64,000 nucleotides of DNA from Phycisphaerales bacterium (GCA_965227775.1 OZ245777.1:32001-96000), one strand, 5' to 3'; positions 27,456 to 35,995 are shown, numbered from the stretch's first letter. Program-made: numbers and translations. Notes: a model not told the origin generated them from the letters alone.

Positions 27456-27491
27456 GCGCACGCCCCGCGCACCAACGCGCAAGTCCTGCGC
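27456..27491. promoter_or_regulatory. Tandem GCGCA-N5-TGCGC sites upstream of fliF
   Basis: GCGCA-AGTCC-TGCGC at 27477-27491 and GCGCA-CGCCC-CGCGC at 27456-27470 (21-bp offset). Confidence 0.55.
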
Positions 27492-27496
27492 ATGCG

Positions 27497-27805
27497 TCAT
27501 ACGCGCATCTGCTGGACTTCCTGGTACGCCTCCATCACCTTGTTGCGCATCTGCTGCAACAGCTGGAACGCCGTGTCGGCCTTCTGCGTCGCCAGCAGCA
27601 CGCCCTCCAGGTCGGTCCGCTGGCCGGTCATCAGGTCCTCGACCGCCTTGTCGGCGTCCTGACGCATCTCCGAAGCCTCGCGAAGCTGTCCGAAGAGCGC
27701 CTGGCGGAACGCCTCACCGTCGGTCGGCTGATTCTGGGCCTTGCCGGGCTGTCCATCGCGCAACGGTCCGGACGTGCCGCCGATCAGGCCAACTGGGTCG
27801 CTCAT
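27497..27805 (-). CDS. fliE: Flagellar hook-basal body protein FliE
   Basis: AFRQAL..KADTAFQLLQQMRNKVMEAYQEVQQMRV. Confidence 0.93.
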   Translation of the reverse strand: MSDPVGLIGGTSGPLRDGQPGKAQNQPTDGEAFRQALFGQLREASEMRQDADKAVEDLMTGQRTDLEGVLLATQKADTAFQLLQQMRNKVMEAYQEVQQMRV

Positions 27806-27855
27806 GCCGCTCCGCCTCCGAATCTCGCCGATCGATCACCGATCGGCCGCTCATG

Positions 27856-28272
27856 CTACGCGATCATTCGCAAAGCCTGGGCCAGCATCGCCTTGGTCAC
27901 TTCGGCGGCTGCCACGTTGGCCTCGTACGCACGGGAGGCTTCCATCGCGTCCACCTGCTCGGCAAACGTGCTGATGTCGGGCCCCATCACGTATCCGTTC
28001 GCATCCGCGTGCTTGCTGGATGGATCCCACCTCGCACGAAGCGCGTCCTCGTTCTTGTACACCTCGCGCACGTGCACACCCAGGCTCTGGCCATCGGCCC
28101 CCATGGCCGACGGATCGCCCGCCGCCAGCACCACCTCACGCCGCAGGTACGGCGCGTAGTTGCCCCACTGGTCCTCGACGACGTTCGCCCCGGCAATGTT
28201 GGCCGACGCCGCCGTCAGCCGCACCCGCTGGGCGATCATGCCGCTCGTTGAGATGTCAAGGCTGCCGAACAC
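27856..28272 (-). CDS. flgC: Flagellar proximal rod protein FlgC
   Basis: ISTSGMIAQRVRL..NIA, PYLRR, DP..H.ADANGYV..P, ASRAYEAN. Confidence 0.93.
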   Translation of the reverse strand: MFGSLDISTSGMIAQRVRLTAASANIAGANVVEDQWGNYAPYLRREVVLAAGDPSAMGADGQSLGVHVREVYKNEDALRARWDPSSKHADANGYVMGPDISTFAEQVDAMEASRAYEANVAAAEVTKAMLAQALRMIA

Positions 28273-28287
28273 GCCCTACTCGCTTCC

Positions 28288-28737
28288 TCACGCCACGCGC
28301 TGGCTGATCGCCGTCCGCAGCACGCCCACGCGGCTGCGCATCAGGTCCGAAGCCACGCGGTAGACTCCATAGTTCTCGGTCATCGACTGCATCAACCGCT
28401 CCACGTCCCGGTCGTTGCGGTCGTGCAGCAGCACGCCGCCCACGCTCCGCGTGCCCCGTAGGGGCTCGAGCGAGAGCGAGCCATCGCCACCCACACGCAC
28501 CTCGCGAGAGCTTCGCATCGCCAGCGGCCCGTTTACGCCCCCGGTGCGCCCCCGCCGCTCGGCTACGGCCTCACCCAATACCCGCTGGAAGGCCTTCGGA
28601 GAGACATCGACGGCCTGGAACTTGGGCGTCGTCAGGTTTGCCACGTTGTGCGCGAGCAGACGCTGCCGCTGCCCCGTGAAGCGCATCATCGCCTCGAGCG
28701 TGGGGAGCGAACCGGCCTGGAGGGTCTTCTCGAGCAT
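28288..28737 (-). CDS. flgB: Flagellar proximal rod protein FlgB
   Basis: RQRLLAHNVANLTTPKF..DV, DRNDRDVE; first rod gene, before flgC. Confidence 0.88.
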   Translation of the reverse strand: MLEKTLQAGSLPTLEAMMRFTGQRQRLLAHNVANLTTPKFQAVDVSPKAFQRVLGEAVAERRGRTGGVNGPLAMRSSREVRVGGDGSLSLEPLRGTRSVGGVLLHDRNDRDVERLMQSMTENYGVYRVASDLMRSRVGVLRTAISQRVA

Positions 28738-28753
28738 CGCGTTGATCGCAACC

Positions 28754-28768
28754 GCAAACGCCGGGCCA
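28754..28768 (-). promoter_or_regulatory. sigma54 (-24/-12) promoter of the flgB operon
   Basis: Minus strand TGGCCC-GGCGT-TTGC (GG-N10-GC) just upstream of the flgB ATG, next to a sigma54 activator gene. Confidence 0.7.
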
Positions 28769-28792
28769 TTCTCAGCCCGGCCGCCGGGCCGG

Positions 28793-30331
28793 CTACAGGT
28801 CGGCCGGCACCAGCTTCTCGTCCTTCCACTTCTTGAGCTTGATGCCAAGCGTCCGCACGCCGATGCCCAGCGCGTCGGCGGTCCGCTGGCGGTGCCCGTC
28901 GTAGCGCTCCAGCGTCCGGATGATCGCGTCACGCTCCATGTCGTCCAGCGTGGTGTCTCCCGGTGCAAACACGATCGCGCGGCCCGACTCAGACTCGGCT
29001 CCCTCGCCAATGCCCGCCCCGACGCCAGCGCCAACCGCCACCGGCCGCTCCATCGCAGGCGAGGGCTCAATCGCCACCGCGGGCCGCTGCACGGGCGTCG
29101 TCTGCCACGCCAGCCAGGGCTCGAGCATCTCGCGGCGGATCATCGCATCCTCGTGACGAGACCCGCCCGCGCTCAGCACGACCGCACGCTCGCACACGTT
29201 CTGGAGCTCGCGAACGTTGCCGGGCCAGTCATACCCGCACAACAGATCGACCGCCCCGGGCTCCAAGCGAACCTGCCCGCGCCCCTCGCGCTTTGCGATC
29301 TGACCCAGGAACGTCTCGGCCAGCATCGGCACGTCTTCCAGCCTGTCCGACAGCGCGGGAAGATGGATCGGCAGTACGTTCAGGCGGAAGAACAGATCCT
29401 GACGGAAGTCGCCCGCCGCCACGGCCTTGGGCAGGTCGCGGTTGCTCGTCGCAAGCACACGTACGTCGACCGAGATCGACTGGCTGCTGCCGACGCGCTC
29501 GAAGGCCCGCTCCTGCAACACGCGCAGCAGCTTCGCCTGGATCGCGGGACTCACCTCGCTCACCTCATCGAGCAAGAGCGTGCCACCGTGCGCCAGCTCG
29601 AATCGGCCCTTGCGCATCTTGTCGGCCCCAGTAAACGCGCCCTTCTCGTGACCAAACAGCTCGCTCTCCAGCAGCGTCTCACTCAGCGCGGCGCAATTCA
29701 CCGCCAGGAATGGCCCCGTCCGCCGCGGGCTCAGCTCGTGGATCGATCGCGCGACCACCTCCTTGCCCGTGCCGCTCTCACCCACGATCAGAACGGTGCC
29801 GTGGCTGTCCGCCACTGCCTGCACCTGCGCCTTCACGCTGCGCATCGCGGGCGAGGCGCCGACCAACCGATCAAGCCCGAACGCTACCCCGCCCGTGGCG
29901 ATCTTGCCGCTGGACTCTACCTCGGCCTGGCTGCCGTGCGCGCGCAACACGGCGTTCTCGCGCCGCAGCTTCGCATGCTGGATGGCCCGCTTGACACAGA
30001 TGAGCAGCTCATCGCCCTCGAACGGCTTGGTGAGGTAGTCGAACGCGCCCAGCTTCATCGCCTCGACGGCCGTCTGCACCGAGCCGAACGCCGTCATCAG
30101 CACAACCGGCAGCTCATCATCGATCTTGCGCACCTGCGCGAGCAGCTCGACGCCCGTCATGCCGGGCATCTTCAGGTCGCTCACGACCGCATCGGGCCGC
30201 TGCAGCGCCACACGGTCGAGGGCCTCCTGCCCGCTCGTGGCCGCCAATGCGGTGAGCCCGGCGCGCCGCAGCACCGAGCACACGCTGTCACGCATCATCT
30301 CCTTGTCGTCGACAACCAGCACCGTGCTCAA
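28793..30331 (-). CDS. sigma54-dependent response regulator (NtrC family; FlgR/FleR-like)
   Basis: Receiver domain (VVDD, SDLKMP, KPF), GESGTGKE, ELFGHEKGAFTGA, WPGNVRELQN, Fis-type HTH. Confidence 0.93.
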   Translation of the reverse strand: MSTVLVVDDKEMMRDSVCSVLRRAGLTALAATSGQEALDRVALQRPDAVVSDLKMPGMTGVELLAQVRKIDDELPVVLMTAFGSVQTAVEAMKLGAFDYLTKPFEGDELLICVKRAIQHAKLRRENAVLRAHGSQAEVESSGKIATGGVAFGLDRLVGASPAMRSVKAQVQAVADSHGTVLIVGESGTGKEVVARSIHELSPRRTGPFLAVNCAALSETLLESELFGHEKGAFTGADKMRKGRFELAHGGTLLLDEVSEVSPAIQAKLLRVLQERAFERVGSSQSISVDVRVLATSNRDLPKAVAAGDFRQDLFFRLNVLPIHLPALSDRLEDVPMLAETFLGQIAKREGRGQVRLEPGAVDLLCGYDWPGNVRELQNVCERAVVLSAGGSRHEDAMIRREMLEPWLAWQTTPVQRPAVAIEPSPAMERPVAVGAGVGAGIGEGAESESGRAIVFAPGDTTLDDMERDAIIRTLERYDGHRQRTADALGIGVRTLGIKLKKWKDEKLVPADL

Positions 30332-31269
30332 GCTGCGCCCTCCGTCACCAGCGTCTCTGACTGATCAGACAACCCAGCCGGCGCCCGCGCCGGCAGTATC
30401 AACTCGAATCGCGCCCCGCCGCACGCCGCATCACCCGCGTCCACGCGCCCGCCGTGCGCATCGACGATGCGCTGCACCATCGCAAGCCCAAGACCGCAAC
30501 CGGTCTGCCGGGTCGTGTAGAACGGATTGAACATGCGCTCGACCGCACCGGCAGGTAGGCCAGGCCCGGTGTCTTCTACAACGTACACGACGTGCTGCAA
30601 GCCATCGAACTCGCCCATCTCTACGAAAACGCGCACGCGACCCGGCCCCTTGCCGCCCGCCTCGACGATGGCTTCCACCGCATTGCGAATCAGGTTCGCC
30701 AGCGCCTGTGAGACCAAGCCGCCGTCAATCTCCACATCGGCCTCGTGCGTTTCGCGCGCTAGGTCGAGTTCCACGCCCGCTACATCCGCCAGTATCTGGC
30801 AGGTCGAGATCGCCCGCCTCGCCGGGTCGGCGGCCTCGACGAGTGCCAGCGTCGGCTCAAGCTCCCGCGCAAACCGCAGCACATCGCCCACCACGCCGTC
30901 GAGCTCGCGCGCCGCCCGCAAGATCTTGCCGGCGGTCTGGCCGCACTCGCCCTCGCCCAGATCGTCACGCAACATCTCGGCGTGCAGCGCGATGGCCGCC
31001 AGGGGGTTGCGCACCTCGTGGGCGATGCCCGCCGCCATCTCGCCCAGCGCCGCCAAACGCCGGCTTCTCTCCAGCCGTCGATTCGCTTCGTGCAGCTCGC
31101 CCTTCAGCCGCGAGACCTCGGACCGCAGCGCCTGATGCGTCTGCTCGAGCTCGCCCGCCGCGGCGTTGAACGCCCGCATCAGCTCGGCAAGGTCTTCCGG
31201 CGTCACGGGCGCACCGCCAGCCGCGCCACTCGCGAGCACACCCGCATCGATCGAGGCCGAACCGCCCAC
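30328..31269 (-). CDS. Cytoplasmic sensor histidine kinase (FlgS/FleS-like)
   Basis: AHEVRNPL H-box, NLIRNAVEA, DTGPG, FNPFYTT, GLGLA; no TM, coiled-coil N-terminus; overlaps the regulator gene by 4 nt. Confidence 0.92.
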   Translation of the reverse strand: MGGSASIDAGVLASGAAGGAPVTPEDLAELMRAFNAAAGELEQTHQALRSEVSRLKGELHEANRRLERSRRLAALGEMAAGIAHEVRNPLAAIALHAEMLRDDLGEGECGQTAGKILRAARELDGVVGDVLRFARELEPTLALVEAADPARRAISTCQILADVAGVELDLARETHEADVEIDGGLVSQALANLIRNAVEAIVEAGGKGPGRVRVFVEMGEFDGLQHVVYVVEDTGPGLPAGAVERMFNPFYTTRQTGCGLGLAMVQRIVDAHGGRVDAGDAACGGARFELILPARAPAGLSDQSETLVTEGAA

Positions 31270-31271
31270 GC

Positions 31272-31754
31272 TCAGGCCTCCCGGTCCTGATGGATCGGCA
31301 CCCGCGCGGTTGTCCCCCCGTACGCACGAACGGCCCCCTTGCCCCGGCCCACGCCCTGCATGGTGGTCCGCACGCGATCTCGCGCCCCGTCCAGGTGCTG
31401 GCGGGTCTGCGAGTCCTGCTCGTGCACGCGCGACGCGAGCGCCTTCACCCGGTCCAGCCGCTCGCCAAGCTCGACCCGGTCGTTCTCGGTCAGCCCGCCG
31501 ATGAATCCATCCCAGTCCTGCCGCACGTCTTCCAGGCCCTGGTGCACCTCGACCAACGCATCAACCACCGCCTGCCGCTCGCCCATGAGGCGCAGCAGGT
31601 CATCGCCCTCGCCGTTGGCAATGAGCTCGTCTTGCCTGGGCCCGAAGGCCGCAAGTTGGTCGTACAGGGCGGCCTGACGCTCCAGCGCCGGCAACACCCG
31701 ATCGCGCAGCAATGCCCGGGCAGACGCCGAGCCGCACGCTTCGCCGTGGGTCAT
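31272..31754 (-). CDS. FlgN/FliT-like flagellar export chaperone (putative)
   Basis: All-helical ~160 aa: LERQAALYDQL..QDELI..DDLLRLMGERQ; C-terminal AVRAYG; GGAGG RBS. Confidence 0.55.
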   Translation of the reverse strand: MTHGEACGSASARALLRDRVLPALERQAALYDQLAAFGPRQDELIANGEGDDLLRLMGERQAVVDALVEVHQGLEDVRQDWDGFIGGLTENDRVELGERLDRVKALASRVHEQDSQTRQHLDGARDRVRTTMQGVGRGKGAVRAYGGTTARVPIHQDREA

Positions 31755-31865
31755 CCTGACCTCCAGACAGGGCGCACTCCACGCCCCGGCGGATGCCATC
31801 GACCGCATCAGGCAAAAATCTTCAAACTCCGCGCACGACCTGCCGCTCGGTTCACTCCAGCCGAG

Positions 31866-32786
31866 CTACTCGAACACCGGCTCGGCCAGGCGCCGGGCAC
31901 GCGTGGGCGCCTCTTCAGGCTCTGGCGGCACGGTCAGATCGATTGGCAGGTACACACCGTTCGCGTGATCGCTGTTCAAGACCACTGCGCACGGCGGTAC
32001 GAACCGCGCCCCCTCGGGCACCTTCTCGTGACCAAGCACGAACATCGTGACGCCCCACCGCTCGACGAGGTCCTCGAGACTCTCGGCGTCGTAGTGCCGG
32101 CCCCACACCATCATGTGGGCAGATCCCGTCAGTGGCTGGTAGTCCTCGTCGGTCAGATCGCGATCCAGGATGCCAGCGTCGAATCGGCCCATCATCGCCG
32201 GGCTTGGCACGCTGTGGCTGCACTGGATCACCCCACGCGGGGTCTCGCAGCGCAGCGCCAAGGGCATCGCCCGCACGAACGCCTCGATCGCCGCGTGCAC
32301 CTGGTCGGCATCGTCTCCGAACACGCGAGCCACGCCGTCATTGAACGCCTCGACCACGCGCACGCCGTCCTTCACGATGCCCGAGCCCACGATCTGGGCC
32401 AACTCGTGGTTGGCCAGAAGCACGTGCACGTGCTCGGGGTACGCCACCTTGAGCGCCGCCACCCGTGTCAACGCCCGAAAGCTGAAATCCACCCCGCCCA
32501 TCAGGTGCTCGCCGTGGATGAGCTCGTGCAGGGTCAGGTGGCTCCGCTCGCTCTCGGGCGTCTCGCCCGGGTCGCCGTGCAGCCCGGCAGCCTCAATCAC
32601 CCGGCTCAGGTGCAGCGGATTGTCGTGGATATCGCCCGTGGCCACCAGACTACCTGGCGCCTCGACCCAATCGACCGCCCCGCGCCGGCACTTCGCATCT
32701 CGGCTGGCCTCGGCAGCGGCCCGAAGCGTCTGGCACACCACGTCCACCGATCCGAGATCAAGATCACCGAACGCGTGTACGTCCAT
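31866..32786 (-). CDS. Calcineurin-like metallophosphoesterase
   Basis: GDIHD, HELIHG, LANHE, SHS, GHE metal-binding motifs. Confidence 0.85.
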   Translation of the reverse strand: MDVHAFGDLDLGSVDVVCQTLRAAAEASRDAKCRRGAVDWVEAPGSLVATGDIHDNPLHLSRVIEAAGLHGDPGETPESERSHLTLHELIHGEHLMGGVDFSFRALTRVAALKVAYPEHVHVLLANHELAQIVGSGIVKDGVRVVEAFNDGVARVFGDDADQVHAAIEAFVRAMPLALRCETPRGVIQCSHSVPSPAMMGRFDAGILDRDLTDEDYQPLTGSAHMMVWGRHYDAESLEDLVERWGVTMFVLGHEKVPEGARFVPPCAVVLNSDHANGVYLPIDLTVPPEPEEAPTRARRLAEPVFE

Positions 32787-32823
32787 GCGGGGCCGTCCTT
32801 TGCCAGCGGCGATGGCGCCGGGC

Positions 32824-33705
32824 TCAGCTCGCGGCCGAGCCGCGCACCGGGGTGCCACGCTCGGCCTCGGCCCGAAGGATGCCGTGCACCAGGTTCAGCC
32901 GGTCGGCAACGTACGTCATCGACTCGGGACGCTTCGCCGGATCGACCTCGACGCAGCCCATGATGAGCTCGTTGAGCTTGGGATGGATGCGCTCGTTCAG
33001 CTCGATGGCCGGCTTGGGCTTCTCGATCATGCTGTCGTCCAGCGAGCCCAGCAGCGAATTCTCGTCGGCAAGGGCCGTCGGCACACGCTTGTCGGTCAGC
33101 ATCGCGTACATCGTCGCACCCAGGTTGTAGATGTCCGTCTTGGGCGTGATCGCCCGGCGGTGCACCTGCTCGGGCGCGATGAAGTCCGGCGTGCCCTGAA
33201 TTCGCGGCTTCACGGTGCCGGTTGCGCACGACTGCCCGAGATCGATGATCTTCACCACACCGTCGGGCGAAACCACGACGTTGTTGGGCTTCATGTCCGC
33301 GTGCACGAAGCCGCGCTCGTGCATGTGCGCGAGTGCCAGCGCCACCTGGTGGAAGACACCCAGCGCATCGTCGAAGGTCTTGGGCGGCTTCTGATCAAGC
33401 GCGACCCCATCGACCAACTCCATCACCAGGAACAGGTCCTTCACCTTCAGGAGATGCTTGCGCTTCATCATCCGCCGGATCTTGCGGATGTTGGGGTGGT
33501 CCAGCTTGCTGGCGACCTTGTACTCGTACTCGGCCTGCTCGAGGAACCGCTGGTCCTTGGGCGTCTCGCGCTTCACGTGCTTCAGGGCGTAGATCTGCTT
33601 GGTCTTCTCGTCCTGGGCCAAGTAGATAATCGACGCGGCACCGCGGCCGAGCTCGTCGAGTATCCGATGGCCTTCGATGACCTCACCCTTGGAAAGCGGC
33701 TCCAC
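32824..33705 (-). CDS. Cytoplasmic Hanks-type Ser/Thr protein kinase
   Basis: LGRGAAS, ALK, HADMKPNN, DLG, GTPDFIAPEQ, DIYNLG; GTG start with GGGAGGAG RBS. Confidence 0.92.
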   Translation of the reverse strand: MEPLSKGEVIEGHRILDELGRGAASIIYLAQDEKTKQIYALKHVKRETPKDQRFLEQAEYEYKVASKLDHPNIRKIRRMMKRKHLLKVKDLFLVMELVDGVALDQKPPKTFDDALGVFHQVALALAHMHERGFVHADMKPNNVVVSPDGVVKIIDLGQSCATGTVKPRIQGTPDFIAPEQVHRRAITPKTDIYNLGATMYAMLTDKRVPTALADENSLLGSLDDSMIEKPKPAIELNERIHPKLNELIMGCVEVDPAKRPESMTYVADRLNLVHGILRAEAERGTPVRGSAAS

Positions 33706-34132
33706 CGGTGATTGCTCCTCCCGACCCGTGCTGGGTCCCGCCGCATCACGGGAACCGATCCTCGAGCCATCTGCTCGCCCCGGGCTGGCGGCCGCCAGAA
33801 CGCGGTCCAAACGGGCGACTACGGTAGCCGCTCTATCGGCCCATCGCAGCCCAGTGTTCGCCCCAACTCGGCCTCCGGTCGCCGGTTCGCCCAATGCACA
33901 AACTCTCGGACGCGTCAGCACCGGATTTCCGGCCCTCACGCCCTGCCCCAACGGGGCACGCTGACTCGATTGTTCCATGCTCCCGAGAGCGTGGCAGGTC
34001 CAACTGACTCACGCACGCCCGGCCGCGGTGGGGAACTTCGCAGCCACAGACCATGTTCGGAATCCAAAAGCCCCGGTTGCACCCTGGCCGGCACGGGTCG
34101 ACCCAAGCGATATAGGCAACGACCCTTACGGG

Positions 34133-34855
34133 CTACTGCCTCGGCACGCCTGCCTCGGCCAATCGCCGGTAGAAGCTCTCCCGCGGGAAGTACGGGCCAG
34201 GGTCGTCCACGCCGGCAACGTCTTCGTGTAGCAGGATGCGGTCGCTGGGGATGTCCAGTTCCCTCGCCAGCGTGGCAACGGCCGCCACCAAGCGATCCAT
34301 CTGCGCCCGGCCAAACGCTTCCTGCCGGCCATCGCCGATCAGGCAAACGCCGATGGAATCGCGGTTGTAGGCAAGGCTGTCGGGCCCAGCGACGTGGGCT
34401 CCCGGCTGCTGGCGAAGCCAACGCTCGGCCACGTGCAGCTCACCGTCGGCCATGCCCCGTCCGTTGCCGATCACAAAGTGGAAGCCAAGCCCCGCAAGCC
34501 CCATCGACTGGTGCGTGCGAGCAAGTTCGGCCGCGTTGCCATGGCGCGACCGGCTGTGGTGGATCACGATGCGCTGCCAGCGCTGCTCATCGAGGCCGGC
34601 GGGCGGAGCCGTGATCGCCTCGAGCGACACGCTTGCAACCGATGCGGCCAGCGGCGCGATGCTGCGGCCACCCACGCCGGGCGAACGTTGTCCCTCGATC
34701 AGCACCAGAAGCGACGCCAGAACCACCATCGAACCGGCGAAGCTCGTCAGCACCATGCCCCGCCTCGAACGCAGCAGCGCCGCCAGAACGACCTGTCCCA
34801 TCGAGCGACTCGAATTGCGTGGCAGCCTGCCATCCATCATCATGTCCGGGTCCAT
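34133..34855 (-). CDS. N-acetylmuramoyl-L-alanine amidase (Amidase_2/PGRP family), membrane-anchored
   Basis: WQRIVIHHS, FHFVIGNG, GAHV, NRDSIGVCLIG, LLHEDV, DPG; start uncertain. Confidence 0.85.
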   Translation of the reverse strand: MDPDMMMDGRLPRNSSRSMGQVVLAALLRSRRGMVLTSFAGSMVVLASLLVLIEGQRSPGVGGRSIAPLAASVASVSLEAITAPPAGLDEQRWQRIVIHHSRSRHGNAAELARTHQSMGLAGLGFHFVIGNGRGMADGELHVAERWLRQQPGAHVAGPDSLAYNRDSIGVCLIGDGRQEAFGRAQMDRLVAAVATLARELDIPSDRILLHEDVAGVDDPGPYFPRESFYRRLAEAGVPRQ

Positions 34856-35001
34856 CCGGGTTCGAGCAAACCGAGCGTAGCGCAGCGCGACGCAGGAGAG
34901 CATCGGACAAGCCCGAAGCTCCCCTTCGCTTATTTGCGTCCGATTATGAACGATTCATGACGGTCGCAACAACTGCGCGTTCTGCGCCGAGCGTTATGGG
35001 C

Positions 35002-35220
35002 TCAACGGGGCGCAAGACGCGCGGCAACGTTGGGCCGAGGGCGTCCGAACTCGTCGCGAACAAACGTGTCCGCGTCTTGATTGCGGACCCGGTCGTATCG
35101 GTGGAACGGGCTGCGGATCTGGTTCTCAGTGATCAGCGGATCGCGGCATCCCGCAAACATCGCGGCGCTCACGACAAGCAGCGACAACGCCAACACCCTC
35201 GCGGCGGGCTTACTCGCCAT
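35002..35220 (-). CDS. Small lipoprotein
   Basis: MASKPAARVLALSLLVVSAAMFAG-C lipobox. Confidence 0.7.
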   Translation of the reverse strand: MASKPAARVLALSLLVVSAAMFAGCRDPLITENQIRSPFHRYDRVRNQDADTFVRDEFGRPRPNVAARLAPR

Positions 35221-35241
35221 TCCTGAAAACCGTTGTCCCAT

Positions 35242-35279
35242 AAAACAGTGTACCACACGTCGCGGGACGTGTGGTACAC
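35242..35279 (-). terminator. Strong intrinsic terminator-like hairpin
   Basis: Perfect 14-bp inverted repeat GTGTACCACACGTC-N4-GACGTGTGGTACAC followed on the minus strand by TGTTTT. Confidence 0.7.
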
Positions 35280-35390
35280 CGGAGGAGGAGAGAGAGAGAT
35301 GCGTGTGGCACCGGCCCGTCCTGGGCGTCCCCCAGCGTCGCGTTCTACGCCGGGGCGATGCACGTAAAGCTATACGCCAAGGCCACTTGT
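35242..35390 (-). ncRNA. Candidate CU-rich small RNA
   Basis: AT-rich promoter-like region at ~35395-35430, then CTCTCTCTCTCCTCCTCC directly before the terminator hairpin; 5' end uncertain. Confidence 0.35.
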
Positions 35391-35461
35391 TTGTTCGAAT
35401 CTAGCTCACACAATTGTTGCAAATTCGCAACACACGCCCCCCCAGAACCCCCAAATTATGG

Positions 35462-35989
35462 CTAGACCGAGCCAGACGCCGGCAAGTGCAGCCCACCGGC
35501 GAGTTGGACCCGCCCGTCCGCGGCCATCTGCCGGACTCCCTCGCTTAGCCCGATCGCGACTGCCGTGGAGAGGTTCAGACTCCGTTCGCCTTGCCGCAGG
35601 GGAATACCCACCTGCCAATCCCCCTGGCCAGCCAGCACTGTCTCGGGCAGCCCCTGGGTCTCTTTGCCGAAGACGAGGTGATCGCCGACCTCAAACGGCG
35701 CGTCAAAGTGTGGCCGCCCGCGCCGAGAAGTGAAGTACCACCGCCGGTCGCTCGGAAACGCATCGAGGTAAGCTTCCCAGTTGGGATAAACCGACGGTGA
35801 CAGCCTGGGCCAATAGTCGAGGCCCGCCCGCCGGAGTGCCTTCTCGTCGAGATCGAAACCCAGCGGCTCGATCAAGTGCAAAGCCGCACCCATCGCAAGA
35901 CAGGTGCGGCCGATGTTGCCCGTATTGTTGGGAATCTCCGGCTCGTGCAGCACCACGTGCAAGCGTGGCTGGAATTCACCGGCTCCCAT
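35462..35989 (-). CDS. trmL: tRNA (cytidine/uridine-34-2'-O)-methyltransferase
   Basis: PEIPNNTGNIGR, LHLIEPLGF, RRAGLDYW, FGKETQGLP, RSLNLS. Confidence 0.92.
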   Translation of the reverse strand: MGAGEFQPRLHVVLHEPEIPNNTGNIGRTCLAMGAALHLIEPLGFDLDEKALRRAGLDYWPRLSPSVYPNWEAYLDAFPSDRRWYFTSRRGRPHFDAPFEVGDHLVFGKETQGLPETVLAGQGDWQVGIPLRQGERSLNLSTAVAIGLSEGVRQMAADGRVQLAGGLHLPASGSV

Positions 35990-35995
35990 GAACGA

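Noticed and set aside
33706..33978. N-terminal extension of the Ser/Thr kinase
   Set aside because: Low-information sequence; a strong RBS precedes the GTG at 33705
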